Shown here piece by piece: positions 206,401 through 220,633 of a DNA stretch of 248,000 nucleotides. Below the pieces are notes generated by a model. That model did not search any database. It was not told the origin of the DNA and saw only the letters and a program-made list of their open reading frames with translations. Source of the DNA: Rhodosorus marinus CCMP1338. Taxonomy: Eukaryota; Plantae; Rhodophyta. The DNA lies in assembly GCA_029953675.1 (NCBI GenBank), contig JAMWBK010000008.1, positions 1,632,001-1,880,000 of the forward strand, in the 5' to 3' direction. Numbering within the stretch: the stretch's first letter is position 1; every line of letters begins with the position of its first letter. The position numbers and the translations under genes were made by a program.

Positions 206401-209400
206401 CAGCTTTGTTGAAGTGAACAATCAATTGGACGATGTAGGAGAGGTCCGTAGTGAAGTTGAGAGGCTTTCCACGGTTGTCCACGCGTTATGGGAGCGAACT
206501 CGTTACCTTCGTGGCTTGTCTGAGAAAGCAGAGGGTTTTTTTTTAAACTGAATCGTAGGGCTGCGAGGTGATGCGAAAGTACGGAGGCAAACAAGGGCTG
206601 AAAGGGCTACGGCTTTTCGGCGATTTGGAGGGAGAGGTGGTTGTTGGTGGCCCGATGAAGGAGGCAGTCGTTGAAGCTAAATGGAAGTCTTCTGGTAGCT
206701 CGCCTGTAATTTTTTTGAGCTCCAAGGAAGATCAAGAGATGGCTTCACGTAACGCGCCCGCGGATGGTGATTTTCAAGCGCCTGGCAAAGGCGAGTCCTC
206801 CGAGGAAGAATCGCCTCCCCAGGTAAAGGAAGGGTCAAAAGCGATAACGCCGGAAGTCATTTTAGATGACGGACAACCGTTAAACCCAGAAGGCCCAATT
206901 CCGGACACAGAGAAGAAAGAGGACGCTGAACTTGACAAAGAGAAGCAGGCAAAGACCGACGCCGCAGTCCAAACTCTTCCGGAACCTCCCACGCAAGATT
207001 TGAGGAAGACTGATGACAGCGGAAAACCCGTCCAAGGAAATGGTGCAAGCCCGAGTCCTGGAAACGTTCGAGCCGAGAGCGATTCCACCGGCTCGGAGAA
207101 ATCAACAGCCGACGCACACGAGGCGAAGGAGTGGCGCTTGCGAGGAGAAGTTAACACTGACGCCGAAGAGTCGGTCACGGTGAAAGACCCTCGCACAGAG
207201 ATTCTAGCAGCAGATATTGAGGCAGGTTTGCAGCTCTCCCGCAGGCAAGTTGAAAAGAAGCGGCCCAGACCCGAGTTACGCCTCAGGTCCAATCCTCTAG
207301 TCCGCCCCGCGGGTGAGAAGCTACAAGACTCGGAAGTGCACGGGACCGTGTCCATTCTCCTCGGAGATGCTCCAGAGGAGAGGCGGATTCGTGCCAAAAC
207401 GTACGTCACTAACATCGATGGTAGAAGGATACAATGGGAAGACGAGCAAGTACGGGAGACGGTACTGAGGAACGTAAGCAACTCCCGTTATCAAAATGAA
207501 AGAACTCTTTCGAGCGAGCCTGCTACAAATCCTTGCAAGGCAGCGACTAGGCGTTGTTTGCAAGATACAGAGGATAGAAGGAAGCCGCTTCGCTTGGGCC
207601 TAGGGTCCCTTCCGTGTCAGGATTGAACGGCCTTCAGGTTATTTCGAGGTGTTCGCTGACGGTGTTAATCGCCTTCTTTCTTGTCGTTCGAATAGGTTTA
207701 TGACGCTCGAATCGCCGGAATAGGGTACTTCGAAGGGGTCATGCGCTCAACTCTGCTTCCGCATCCGATTGGTCGGAACGGGGAGGTCAGATATCGACAG
207801 CAGCAGATGAAACTTAAGAACATAGACGGCGAGGTTTGGTCGCCAAACCTCAAACTCAACGATTTGCTATTCGAGCGCGGTTTGAAGGGTAGATTTTACC
207901 TCGACGAGGAGTCCATGCAGATCGACTTGAACGAAAAGCTCAAGCCTACGGGGGATCGCTTCAAAATCCACTCCACAACCGCGGGCAAGGGTGCCCTGTA
208001 CATACGGTGGAATGATTCCAACCTCAACGTTACCGCCAACGCCAAATCCCAGTCTATGTTTGCTCGAGTGGAATCGTTTCCCATGCACAACCTCCTCGGA
208101 AGCAACTCCCAAATAGAGGGCGTGTTGCACTCCAACCTGTCATTGAACATGAAGACGCGACGGGGGAACGCTTCAGTTCGTTGGGAGAAGGCCAGAGTTG
208201 GGGACTTGTACCTGGACAATCTTGAAAGTAAGCACTGAGCACTTTCAGCTTTTTCCATACTAGGTTTCGATCATGGCTGTGGCTGATCCACATCTTCACA
208301 TTGACCCTCCCACTTTGGAAATTTTCCAGTGAATGTGTTCTGGGTGAAGGAGTTGGTTTCGCTTGACAAGTGTCTGATTAAGCAGCCAAACTCGGAATAT
208401 CGAGCGTTGGGTGAGCTATCGTTTCCAGGAGGTGACTTTTCGCGAAAACCGGCGTGGAAGGCGCGAATAACAGTTCCAGAAGCGGAGGTGAACGAGTTTG
208501 TTGAGTTGCTTTGCGGGAAGGTTGACAAAGCAGAGGATGCAAAGCAGACCCTGGCGGATTGGAGTGTCCCGAAGCTGGAGATGGAAGACAAGCTGGGCTG
208601 GTTTGAGAACTTTCTGGATGAAGAGACGGAGCACGAGGTTCGCCTTCAGTTTGCCGGTGAAAAGGTGGATATTCCTGAGCCTCTTCCGTACCCCCGTGAC
208701 ATGTTTGGCACGTTTTCTGGTGCGTTCGACATGGAGAGCAACGGTGAACTGTCAGCTACTGGACATCTGGACGGCAAGGACTGGCGAGTTGGACAGCACA
208801 TGATCGGTATGATCTGCACTGGCATTCTCTTATTGAAATTTTTCCTACCAGAGCTACGTATCTCCTTCTCAGCGATTCTCGCCTTCTTGGGTACTTCTGC
208901 TCTGTTCCTGTGGCCGACTGCGAAACAGGAACCGTTAGCGCACGGGCAAGTCTTAAGGATGGAATGTACAATGTCAAGAATGTGGACATCACTGGGGAAG
209001 AAGGCTTGAGCTTCCATGCACACGGGCAACTAGGCACACAAGACGATAAAGACTCCGTCACAATGGAGGTTGATGCTGAGAACATCCCCTCCCAGTCGTT
209101 TCTTCAGCACGTGAAACACCGATTCAATCTCGATGCCAATCTCAACTTCAAGGGCGTCATGCAGGGAACAATCTACGAACCGGAGGTTGTCTGCGAATTC
209201 AGCATTCCGGAAGGCATCATCAATGACAAAGCGATAGAATCCACCAAAGGATCGTTTTCCTACAGGTCAGATATCCGTTCCAAAAAGTCCGTGCTCATCT
209301 TCTTTTCGCTCAAGCCCGTGCGCCTTCTCTCATCTGCGGGCTACTGCCGAAATGATATAGGAACGTACGAGCTGATGTGAAGCTAGACGGAAAAGTCTTT

Positions 209401-211390
209401 GACGTGTCAGAGTTGAAGAAGCCCAAATATCGCCGTCGGGAGGAAAAGCTAAACCTGGAGGCCTCAGTGCCGTACCGAATGCCTCCGATCGAAGTACCTG
209501 GGAGAAATGGCTCCAGGAAATGGACTCCAGACCAGCTGCAACAACCACTTCCAACTGACTACATCACCGTCGACGGACAGGTATACTGGAAGCAACGTCC
209601 GACTCCCCGTTGAAAATCTGTTTACTTAGTAGCAATTCGACTGTTTCCTCGTGTTATAGTTGAAGAAGCACGGACTTCTAGTGATGAACTTGCTTGCACC
209701 AGATCTCACTTGGACAGCAGGAAACTCCGACCTCAAGTTGAAGGTCAGGGGGACACTAGGCGAGCCAAAAATTGATGGATATGGGAACGTGTCTGATGGG
209801 GAGGTACGATCAAGCAACTCGTTAACGCTGGTGTGCTAATGGCTCCCTTCTTCGCCACTAACCACGTATCGGACTTGTCCTAATGCGCTTGACAACCAGC
209901 TATGGCCTGAGTTTTTGGAAGACCCGTTGAGGAGGGTGAGGTTCGAGGTGGTGATTAACCGCGGGCAAGTCGTGTCTGTGAATGGGTTCTCCGGAAGCTA
210001 CAACGGGAGACCCCTGACTATCTACGGAGAATTGCCGCTTATCGATCCGAGTATAAAGATCGGGACTCCGTTGACGCTTAACTCCGCAGAAGTCATGTTG
210101 AACGTGAGGGAATACTACTTTGGTAGGGGTATGAGCAATGATAGGAACCATATTGTGGTGTGCGACTGAATGGAGATCGTGATGTCCGACTCGATAGGTA
210201 AAGCCTCCGGTAAGGTCTCCCTCGCAGGATCTGCCAAGGTCCCGACGCTGTCCGGGAGGGTTGTACTTCGAGAAGGCGTTGTGTATGTACAAAATTACGT
210301 TCAAAATTCAGAAACCACTGATGGAAAGACGGGAGAACAGGAAGGTCAAGTTGTGGAGGTTGGACCGGCACTGGGACTGAACGGAGTCGATGTCAAGTTC
210401 CAAAACGATCTTTCAGTACGTGATAGCGTGTTGTTTCGTGGGCTCCACGACCGTCGAATCCACTTTCTTATCTTGAACTCGGTTATGATTAGGTCGTGTT
210501 CCCATACGTTATGAACGTTGGAGTCGAAGGAGGAATCAAACTCAATGGAGACTCATCCACACCTATGCCTACTGGCCGCGTCGACCTTACGGATGGAACG
210601 ATCAACCTCGTTACAACGAGGCTTAAGGTTAGCAATGACGCTTTTCTAGCAGTGGTGCTAAAGTTTCTGACTTCTGCTGTTGTGTTCTTGATGATAGGTG
210701 AAGCGAGACTCGAACAATTATGCAGTGTTCAGCGGAGACCTCATGCCACTGGTTGAGTTCACCCTGGAAAATCAAGGTTTGACCATGCATGTGCGACAGA
210801 CGAGGGCTGATAAGTGGTCAAGCGCCTTGGAAGTTAAGGACAAGTCAAGCGACAATTCTCTGGATGAAAGGCATTGGATTGGTGTCGTGGCGGATAGGTT
210901 GGATCTAGATCCTGACTAGCTCGCGGAGTTTGCATGAGGGATGACTTCATTCTGAATCAAGAGCGCTATTTCGGTTGTGCTTTCAGGCTTCGTGGAATGA
211001 GTAGCTCTGAGAGGCTTGGCGAATCCATTCCAGATTTCGCTACAAAGACGTTTGTTACGAACTACAGCCTGGCGGGTGAACTAGGAGATGCAAGATGGAG
211101 ACTCTACCCATCTATTGGAGACGTTGTCCATCCCCGAGGAGCCGTGCGGCTGGAGGTTTGTGTCCTTACGTCCTTCGCCTAGGCCGACGACGATTATTGA
211201 GCAGGGAAAAGCTTTTCGTTTGTCGCCCTCTCTGCTTGTTAGGAACTTGGCGTAGCCGCCGTCGTTGAGCAGGACGAGGCAAAACTGAATTTCAGCGCGT
211301 CGCTGAACGGTTTCGCAAAGGGTGTGATCTCTTTTCGGCCCACGGACGTCTTGTCCCTGAACATGCAGGTGACACCAAACGAGTAAGTAA
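203480..211390 (+). CDS. TIC236: TamB/DUF490 plastid envelope protein, multi-exon (start uncertain)
   Basis: AsmA-like N-terminus after a TM; beta-rich exons; C-terminal G.IKL.G...G.V.L..G.INL.TT typical of DUF490. Confidence 0.75.
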
Positions 211391-212563
211391 CCGTTTCAAA
211401 ACAAAGACGGGAAACATCGTTATACGAACAACTTTTTCCTGGCGAACGCTAAAGATTTGGTTTTGGTTGTGTTTCTGAAGGACAACCGCACAACTTGAGA
211501 TCAACTACAAAGGTGACCGGAAGCGAGACTAGACCCTAACTGTATTTTACTGGACAGATGACCCCCTTCATGAAGTGGATGAATCTTTAGTAATAACAAT
211601 TCAATTTTCAACGAGAAGAACTTTTTAGCGAGTACTAAGGCACCGATCGTCTCGTCCCATCCTGACCAGGAGGCAATGACAGGTCTAGCTGCCCAAGCCT
211701 AGATCAAGACTGATCATCTCCTGGAATGTGAATTCTCCCGACCCTAACAGGGCAGTCCTAGCCAAGCAAGCAGCGAGGGTCATTGGACCGCCATCCGGAG
211801 CCTCAGGAGTGACCTGACGTTTTAATCAGAGGAACCTCTCCAACACCTTCCTTAAGTAATCAACAAGCTTCAATTGGCACCAGCGCACATTCACGGCCAA
211901 TAAGCTGTTGCCACTAACCCGACAGCGGCCCTAGAACATTACATGCAAAAATCACTGTCCCACCTGTAGTCTCCGCTGTCCCATTTCCGTCGAAGAATAT
212001 CTCATTTCAAACATCTCCGTTGGGACAGTGCCGACACGCTTTTCCTTCAGCAACAGCCATTAAACGTGAACGGAGAAACTGGGGAAGAGAACGGACGAGT
212101 GAGTATAATTGAGAGCTTCCTGCATGAACCAGTACAAATAATTGGTTCATTCGCAAAGATTCTAGCTCCCTTACTAGCGCCCACCGAATGTGACTATCAA
212201 GGGGACTGGGAATTTCAATAAGCAAACCCTTGCCAGGCTGATTATGAGCAACCGTGAAGCTTTTTCGACTAGAAAACATTCCTAGATGCATCAACTAGGC
212301 AGAACCTTCGATACTGTACAAGCTCGTGACCTTTCTGAAGACTAAAACTTTCCCGTCTTTGCGTTTTGCAATTCTCGCTTTCGGTGCGCATCGACAGTCT
212401 TGGTTTGTGTCTTTGCAGCTTGGTGCTCATCTACTTAAAGAACTGGCAAAGCTCTGTAAAGAGATATCCCATAAGGCTTTGGTTTCTGACATGAATGCTG
212501 CGGAGGGGAGGGGGGGAAGGATAACGAACCATCTGCATTCTCGAATCGTTGAGCAGATGGTCG

Positions 212564-214254
212564 ATGGCGTTCGTGACGAATTTTTTGTCGGGACGCAATG
212601 AGCTGCTGACCGGAGAGAGGACAGTTTCTCGTCGGCAATTTGGTTGTGGAAATGTCGCCTCGAAGCCGCTGCGGGTGTTCATGGTGGCTCCTACGAAGAA
212701 GACCAGCAATGAGAAAGGTAGCGGAGCTGAGGAGGGGATGGAAGAGTCAAGCATTACTCAACGGGCTCTGTCTTTCGGCTCTCGTCACCTCCGTATCTTC
212801 GGTGGAACAGCGTGCCCGAAACTGGCAAGCGATGTAGCGAGGTATCTCGGCTTCGATGGCCCTCATGGGATGATTGTAAAGCGATTTGCCGATGATGAGG
212901 TACCTTTCTGTCCTTACTCTCATCTAGGCACTCAGGTTTTGTTGCGGCTGAGCAGGTCGATATCTGGCTTGTTTTACTCTGGTTGTTTTCGAACAGGTCT
213001 ACGTTAGAATCACAGAAAGTATCAGAGGATGTGACGTTTTCCTGATTCAGAGCACGTGTAGTCCCGTCAACGACTCACTTATGGAGCTACTTCTCATGAT
213101 CGATGCATGTAGAAGAGCTCACGCCGCTCAGATAACAGCAGTTGTTCCCTACTATGGATGTAAGACAAGGCAATCGATTCCCTTCCTGATAGCAGTCTCA
213201 CAACAGAGTTTCCCCACGCCCATGTGGTTTGTCTTTGAAACGCTCGAGTAGACGCACGTGCTGATCGTCTAGTCGAGAAACGAGAGGCCCTGGGCTCCAA
213301 ACTATGTGCGAACTTGATAACTCGAGCTGGAGCAGATCGAGTGATCGTTATGGATATTCACTCTCCTCAGTCCTGTGGATTCTTTGACATCCCACTTGAT
213401 CATATCCATGGCTCTGCTGTACTTGCTGGATACTTGAAAGAGAACCAGGTAGGCGTCGCTGATATACGAGTGCCATTCCGGGCTCCACTGACTGATTGGT
213501 ATTGATTGTCTTCTATGGCAGATGCCCATGGATGATTTGGTTATCGTATCACCAGATATTGGAGGGGTAAAACGTGCTCGGTACTTTGCGAAGGAGTTGA
213601 ATGACTCTTCGCTCGCAATCATCGATAAACGCCGCCCCGCGTCGAATGTATCTGAGGTCATGAACCTCATCGGCGATGTTCAAGGTTGTTATTTGCATGC
213701 CTTGCTCTTCCGATTCTGGGTTGTCCGGCTCGTCTTTGCTATCAGCTACCGGCGGCTCTAGCTTGTGAACAATCTGGAAGATGTGAATATTGGAAACGGC
213801 GAGCGCCACGGCCGATTTGGAGGTCTGAAAGGCTGGTTGCTCTTTGCTCTTGACTCAACAGGGAAAACTGCGGTTGTCGTAGATGATATGATCGACACAG
213901 CAGGGACGATTTGCCAGTGTTGCGATGTTCTACTTGAAAACGGAGCAAAGCGGGTATTCGCTATGGCAACTCATCCCTTGCTCTCTGGGCCTGCTCGGGA
214001 TCGCCTCGCGAACAGTGGGTTTGAACAGGTGCGGAGGGGAAAGAAAAATATCAGGCCCTGATCGTACTACTCAACTCAAAAGCCTGAGGACGCCCTTCCT
214101 CATTCCGTTCTGTTCTGCGCAAAAGGTTATCGTGACTGATACAATCCCAATCCCTGCTGATCGTACATTCCCGCAACTTCGAATACTTTCCATCGCACAG
214201 ACGGTTGGCGAGACCATTTGGAGAAATCATTCGGACTTTGCCGTGAGCTACTAG
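212564..214254 (+). CDS. PRS: Ribose-phosphate pyrophosphokinase, plastid-targeted, spliced
   Basis: [30 protein letters not shown]. Confidence 0.95.
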
Positions 214255-214749
214255 AAAGTCACAGGAAAGTCATAAAACTTCGGAACAAGCTCAATCCTTA
214301 ACCTTTTTCTGCCCCCGAGCAACTCGAGCACAGAGCTCCCCAAAAGCGTCGCCACGTTCTGCACCCCGAACATGCTATCCTGTTTTTGGTGCTCCTCTCT
214401 CTCACCTTTTCCGAAAATTTGTCACGATCTAGGCACCCTGAACTGTTCACGTGGAAGGACATGATCTGGACGAATCTATAACCTATGACCTTTAGACCTG
214501 ATGCCTCTTAATACCTAATAAGTACAACAAGAAAGAAAACCCCTACACCGCTGATGGAAATACTCGAGCAGGCAAACGCTCTCCTAGGAGTTCCTCAATG
214601 GCCTTCCACAAGCAACTCCAAAAACTCTCCGTGCAGCCTATTCTGCCTCCTCTTTCTTCATGCGGTCTACCAAGGACTCTTGCGATTGGCGCTCAAACTT
214701 AACGATCTTCATGAGTTCTCCCCTGAAAGCGCTCACAGCCAACGCGTTC

Positions 214750-216454
214750 CCGAGCAGGAACGGGACCTAGTTTAAGGGCAATAAGCAGAAAACGTCTGAG
214801 CAAAGGAAGTGAAGAAAGGGCTGCTAGAGGGATGCTTCGGCGACTCCTCCGATACTTACTAGATACAAGAGTGCGGGCTGCGGACTATGACTGACCGCAT
214901 TTACGACGAAGCACGTAAAAAGCCCAGCGACGTACGCAACCATTGAGGAGCCAAAGTACGGTCCGTTACGGACTTGGCATACTTCTCGATCGTCCTCAAA
215001 AACTAGCTCTTTATCCACAAATGCCATCATTGCGACAAAAATTCCCGGTACGACAACGTCTCCGAGTCCCAGAATGGCAAACGGGTAGCTCTGGACACCA
215101 GTTGCTCTGTTTGAGTTTTACGGAGATGCGCGATTTAGCTAGATTCAGTTTGGATGGCGCCTGACCCCCATACTTACCCAGGGACAGTTTCCCTTGGAAA
215201 CAAGAACTTTGCTGGTGCCTCGATGCTCGTTGCTACTGAGACCATGACGTCGGTGCCAAACACGAAGAACACATCGTAAAGTAGCAGGCCCGAGAGCAAG
215301 GCTGCAGCGCTCCAAAGAGATTTCGGCTTGAGAAGCGAAATACATCTCACAGCGAGTCCAAACCCAATGAGGTTACTCGCCATGAATGTTGTCGCACCAC
215401 TGCCAAACAAATACGTTCCGCTGATTGCAGCCGAAATCACGGCCGTTGTAACGTTTTTCGGCGAACTCCACGGCTCCACATCCTCCTCACATCCGTCCTC
215501 CCCAACGGCTATCCGATTCCGAACAAAGTAGGAAACAATTGAGATGATCAGCTTGGAATCCAAGATCACTCGTTCGAGCTCTCCAAATCCGAGTTGTGAC
215601 AACAGAGAAAAGGCGGATAACCTTTCTCGTGCTCATAGCTGTTCACTAAATACCAGGATGCGCGCTCTGGAACCCCTCTCGGGTGTAGAGGAGCTGGAGC
215701 CTACACCAATGAGAACGACAGCGGTCTAGCTCAAAATAGGAGGACCAGCTCCGGGCGCGGAGCGTGGTGAAACAAGCTCACCCTTCGTTACCGGCTGCAC
215801 GGGAAACACTTTGGTGTATAAATTAAAAAAGATCGGGTCCAGTGTTTCCTTCAAGCAGATCCCTCCGAAGACGACGGAAGCGTATTTGAAAATTTGGCCA
215901 ACATCAATGCTCGTGTATCGGAGGAGAAAGTACATCCCAGCAAGGAACACTCCGGAGACTATGGGGGCAAGGAAGGCCTGCTTCGGGGAGAGATCATCGA
216001 CTGGAAGCTCCGTGAGGTTTCTGTTTTAGAGGGATTTGCGGAAACCACATCAGACTGCTGTGAAGGATTTGGTTGTTACTGGTTGATCGACCGCTTACCG
216101 CTTGGAACCTGCATATAGGGCTGAGGCACCGACGAGGAAAAAATACAAGGCATCCGAGAAGTTCGTTTTCCCGATTATTGGAAGAATCTGCGCTGTTCCT
216201 CCAACAAGAAAAGCAGGCCAAGCATACCCGACTGATTTTGCCGGCAGCTCAAGCTCACTCTGCGGCGGAGTCCCATTCCCGCTTGCCTTCTCCTCAACAG
216301 ACAACCTCCCAAGCTTCTCAACATCTACACTTTGCTCCTCCTCCTTCCTCACCGTCCCTCTCTCTACCCCACTCATCCGCCATTTTCCAACCTTGCATCT
216401 ATTTACTCCAACCCTTCTACCTAAAACCAAACCAGGTGTACTCAAAAACGCCAT
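214750..216454 (-). CDS. Signal peptide peptidase-like (A22B) with a plastid-type transit peptide, spliced
   Basis: YDVFFVFGT, LGLGD, QPALLYL. Confidence 0.88.
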
Positions 216455-217934
216455 ATCTAGATTTCAATCCTTCCCTTCATATGACTTTTCCAACCTCAAC
216501 TCATACCCTTCCCTATCTCCTCACCCTCCCCAATCCTGCGTTCTCTCGCAATCTCATTCTTAAAGTCCTTATCCACACAATCCGAAGCGGTAGACAAGAC
216601 TTCATAACATGGCGAATATTAGCGCAGGGGGAACCATCTTGGGAAGCGATGCATGACGTTCCCCCGGTTGGAGAAAATTCCATATATTTTGCTGGCCACC
216701 TTGGCCAGAAGTAGAACCATTGTTCCTGTACAATAGCTGTTTTGTGACCATTGTTGTTCTCGTTTTTGACCTCGAGGCTAAAGCGGAAAATCTGTCCGAT
216801 GTTCTTCCACTTCAAAGATTTTTGGTTTGATTTTGCTGGCCTGATATGTGGGCCAAGATGTAGATCCAATGTTCGAAGCGGGTAGGAGCAAGATTCGAGC
216901 CCAATGTTCCACCAGTTCGGAGGTGTTTTTATCTGAATTTGTTGGCCAAGATGTTAGATGGCAGTGTTTCTTGAAAGTGGGCAGGAGCTAGATGCGAGGC
217001 CAATGTTCTCAACAGTCGGAAAAAAATTGATCTGGGTTGGAATTTTGTTGGCCACAGAATGAGAAACATTGGCCAGGTGTAGGTCTGAATATTCTTGGAG
217101 GAGGGGCAATATTCCACACGTGCTCGACGTTCCTCAGCTAACAGAAACTTCAAACAGAAAAAGAATCTTGTTGGCCAAGTGGAGAGGAACATTGGCCTGT
217201 TGTAGATCCAATATTGTATGGTGGCACACGGGCATTGTCTGGTTTCAGGGTTTGCTGCTGAAGGGGATTCTCCTAATTGCCTATGCCCTTGCCCAAAGTG
217301 AGATCAGTAGTCCGCGGACTGGATGTGAGAGCATTCAAGTACTACGAAGCGTTTGTGAACTAATCGGTCAGGGTCAGATCCCGAAGATCCCCCTTCTGGC
217401 TAAGAGACAGCGCTCTTCTCAAATCGAGAAGAGCGCAATATCTAGTTCATCATGCGTTTATTCAGAGCCTAACTCCCTTCGGTAATGGACAGAACTTCAG
217501 GGCAAATTTCGGAGGAGTAGACATGATGATGTAGTTTCACTCACTAGGCTAATGCTATCTGGTCAAGTAAAGTAACCGGAACTTTTACTGGGCAGCTGCC
217601 TATAGCAGCAAAACATTTTTTTTATCTCATCCGCGGGAAAAGGGTCAGGTTAACCATATTACCACAGACATTCGCGGTCAGCAGCGCAATAATACAAGCG
217701 AGCCGCGATGTGCTGAATCCACGGTATTGTGTAGCACTCCAAGATGGCAGAACGATGTCGGGAGCGCTGGGGTAGGAGGCTATTCGATTGCGCCTTTGAG
217801 GACATTCTTGAATGCGGCCAGCGTAACCCTTTATTAGTATGTGCCAACGCGGCGGTTACGAACATGCTGTGACAGTGGTTCAATCCATTGAATTTTTAAG
217901 TGCGAAAACGAAGGCTATGGACTAATCCCGCACA

Positions 217935-218668
217935 CTACATGAGTGGTTTCATGTGGCCTAACTGCTCAAGCACGTTCTGTCCAGTCACCAGCTGCTGGGC
218001 GAAGAATCCAAACCAGCCCACCATAGCGGCACGGCAGTGCACGATCTCATTCTCCTCGTACTTCTTGAAGGTCTGATCGTCCTTGGCCAGCTTGAGAGGG
218101 TCGAATTCGTAATTTCCGGGCGGGCTTCCGTCATAGTTCCTCTTGAATGTCGCAAGCTCAACAGCGCAAATGAATGCGATAATCTGGAACCATCCCTCCA
218201 CTGGGATTTTGTAGATGGCAGCAATGGGGTTCGACTCGGAGAAGTACGGTCCTGGGAGATGAATAATCTCCTGCACCACAATACCCAGAACGGCAAGCAT
218301 ACAAATTCTTCCATGCTTCAGCTCCTAAGACCGCAGACACAAAAAATCCCCAAGAATCAATTGTGTTCAGAACTCCATGGTCAGACGCAGCACAGAATGA
218401 GTATTGAGCGAGACAAAGCAAAATCGAAAAATCAACTTACCGAGGCACGTGCATACTTCAGGTTAATGTTATCAGACAAATATAGAGGGTCGAACCCAAC
218501 ATCTCCAGGGAGCGTGCCGTCCAGATTCTTAGGGCACTCCAAAAACGGGATGGACTTGGACATGGTGGGTTCCATCATCATGGTTACCGAGCTCTTCGCC
218601 CTCCTCACTGACACAGCCCGTCCAGCTAACCTGCTGGTTCCAAGCGAAACTCCGGAAACGAACGCCAT
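217935..218668 (-). CDS. LHCR: Red-algal-type light-harvesting chlorophyll a protein, one intron
   Basis: [36 protein letters not shown]. Confidence 0.92.
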
Positions 218669-220633
218669 TTCTACACAGTCCTCAACAAACAAAACAAAAG
218701 AATTCTCTCTACTCCTTGGAAGTCCAATACAAAGATCCTCCCCCCCCACCCCCTCGAAGCGTACCTGCTACACTGCCGACCCCCGCGCATCCCATCCCAT
218801 TGGCCTTCACCCCCAAAAGGCTATTTAGCCGCAAAAAGGCAATCCAGGCATTCAATAAGGAAATCTTCGTTTCCAACGAAATACTGAAGAGACTTCACAT
218901 CTCAGGGAACGCAACACCCCCTCGCCGCGCCATTGCGTCCCACTATGCTTGGCAAGCCCTTAGAATTTTGAACAGGATAAAACTGCTCAACTATCCTACC
219001 CATCAGAAAAAACCAAATGTCAACTTTTTTTATTATATATTACTTTCTAATTTGATTTGGAGGGGTAAGAAAATTGCATCTAACATTTTCTGGTTTGGTG
219101 CAGATGAGGGGTATTTTAGTTCGCTGTTAAATGTATGCGCCGATGAGAAGGGGGGTGAATATATGTGATCCGACGTAAATCGTTATTTGTTTCAATCGAT
219201 GAGGGATATCGAGTCACTCTGTTTTTTTCTTGTTTCGTAGGCTGCCCACCGAGTTGACGAAATGGTTTTTAAGGAAAAAAAAGGTCAGTTCCATTTCGGG
219301 GAAACTTCGGAGCTCAAAATCGCGATCCCGCAAATTGATCTCCCACTATCCTAATTATCTAATATTAAGTCTTGAAAAATAAATATATTTGTTTATTCTC
219401 CTCGTATTAAAACGGTTTAGATCGGATTTCTCATGATTTTACCATCTAGTCAGTTTTCCCCCAGGCAGAGGTGGGAACAGGGTTGGAAAGAGAGGGTATT
219501 GGACTGACTAAATTATTGTATTCACTAAACAAGGAGACTAATTGATTGAAAATCTTGGAACCCAGAGTCACAAGTCCATGTTACCTGAATATCGGACTAA
219601 ATCTGAAGAGTATATCCAGTTCTGGATACAAATACCCTCAAATCTGGTTGCTTGTTCGTAACTGTATGTTCTGCGTCTAAATTGAGTGTAATAAAATGAA
219701 TTTACAGTATGTTGGAGAAGTCTTTAGGGTGATTCTCAGGGGAAAATAATGTCAAGGCGAGTTTGGTGAAAAGCAGACCGATTTTCTTGATTTAAATAAT
219801 CAATACGGTGACTTTACCTTCATAAATATATCTGTTTTCATTATGGATAAGGTTCTAAACGATATATGGAGAGTATCTTCTGTAACGTATCTAATTTATA
219901 GGAACAAACAGCACATTCGAATATATCCACTTGACGCTGATACGGAGAAAGTTTTAATTGCAATGTCCTGTATAAGCTGTTGGCGGCATCAACTTCAATT
220001 CTGACTGAAATAATGACTGAACTTACGTGATCCTTGGTAGTGGCTGACGAAACTCCTCCTCAGAAGATCACTCGATATCCCTGGCCCAACCTGTTTGCTG
220101 TACGAGTTCCAATCTCTATAAGACACATTCGAGTTCTTGAAAATAGTTAATTGGTTCTGTTTGTCTCTCCTCGCATCCTTGGTCACTAGCCATTGTCGAC
220201 AGGCCCAGTCAACCCAGCTGACCATTTCCAGACACCCGCGCTCCTTTGGCTCGGGTGTTGGCAAGGAACTGTTCAGGTTCGTCCTGGCGTTCAGGAGAAA
220301 TGCCAATACAGAGAAGAATAGACAAATTTCCTGGAGCAACCACAAGGAGGTGAGAGAATCTTGAGATATTTTTGCTGTGGTTTAGGTCTCCCTTCCCTCA
220401 GGGTAGATAGGCGCTCTGAATAAATGTTTGTCTGTTTTGCTGTTGGCCGGGAAAGTTATCTCTTGCAGTGATTCCAGCGGTTCTCGTTGGAGGCTGCCCA
220501 AGTATGACGATAGAGAAACATATGCTATCTTTGAGGACAGTTGATGCGGTTCGCCGAAGTGGCACGACTACCTTTTGCATCGGCAGGAAATAATACTTTA
220601 TTAGGGAACCGTATCATCGGGCTCTTCTTAAGG

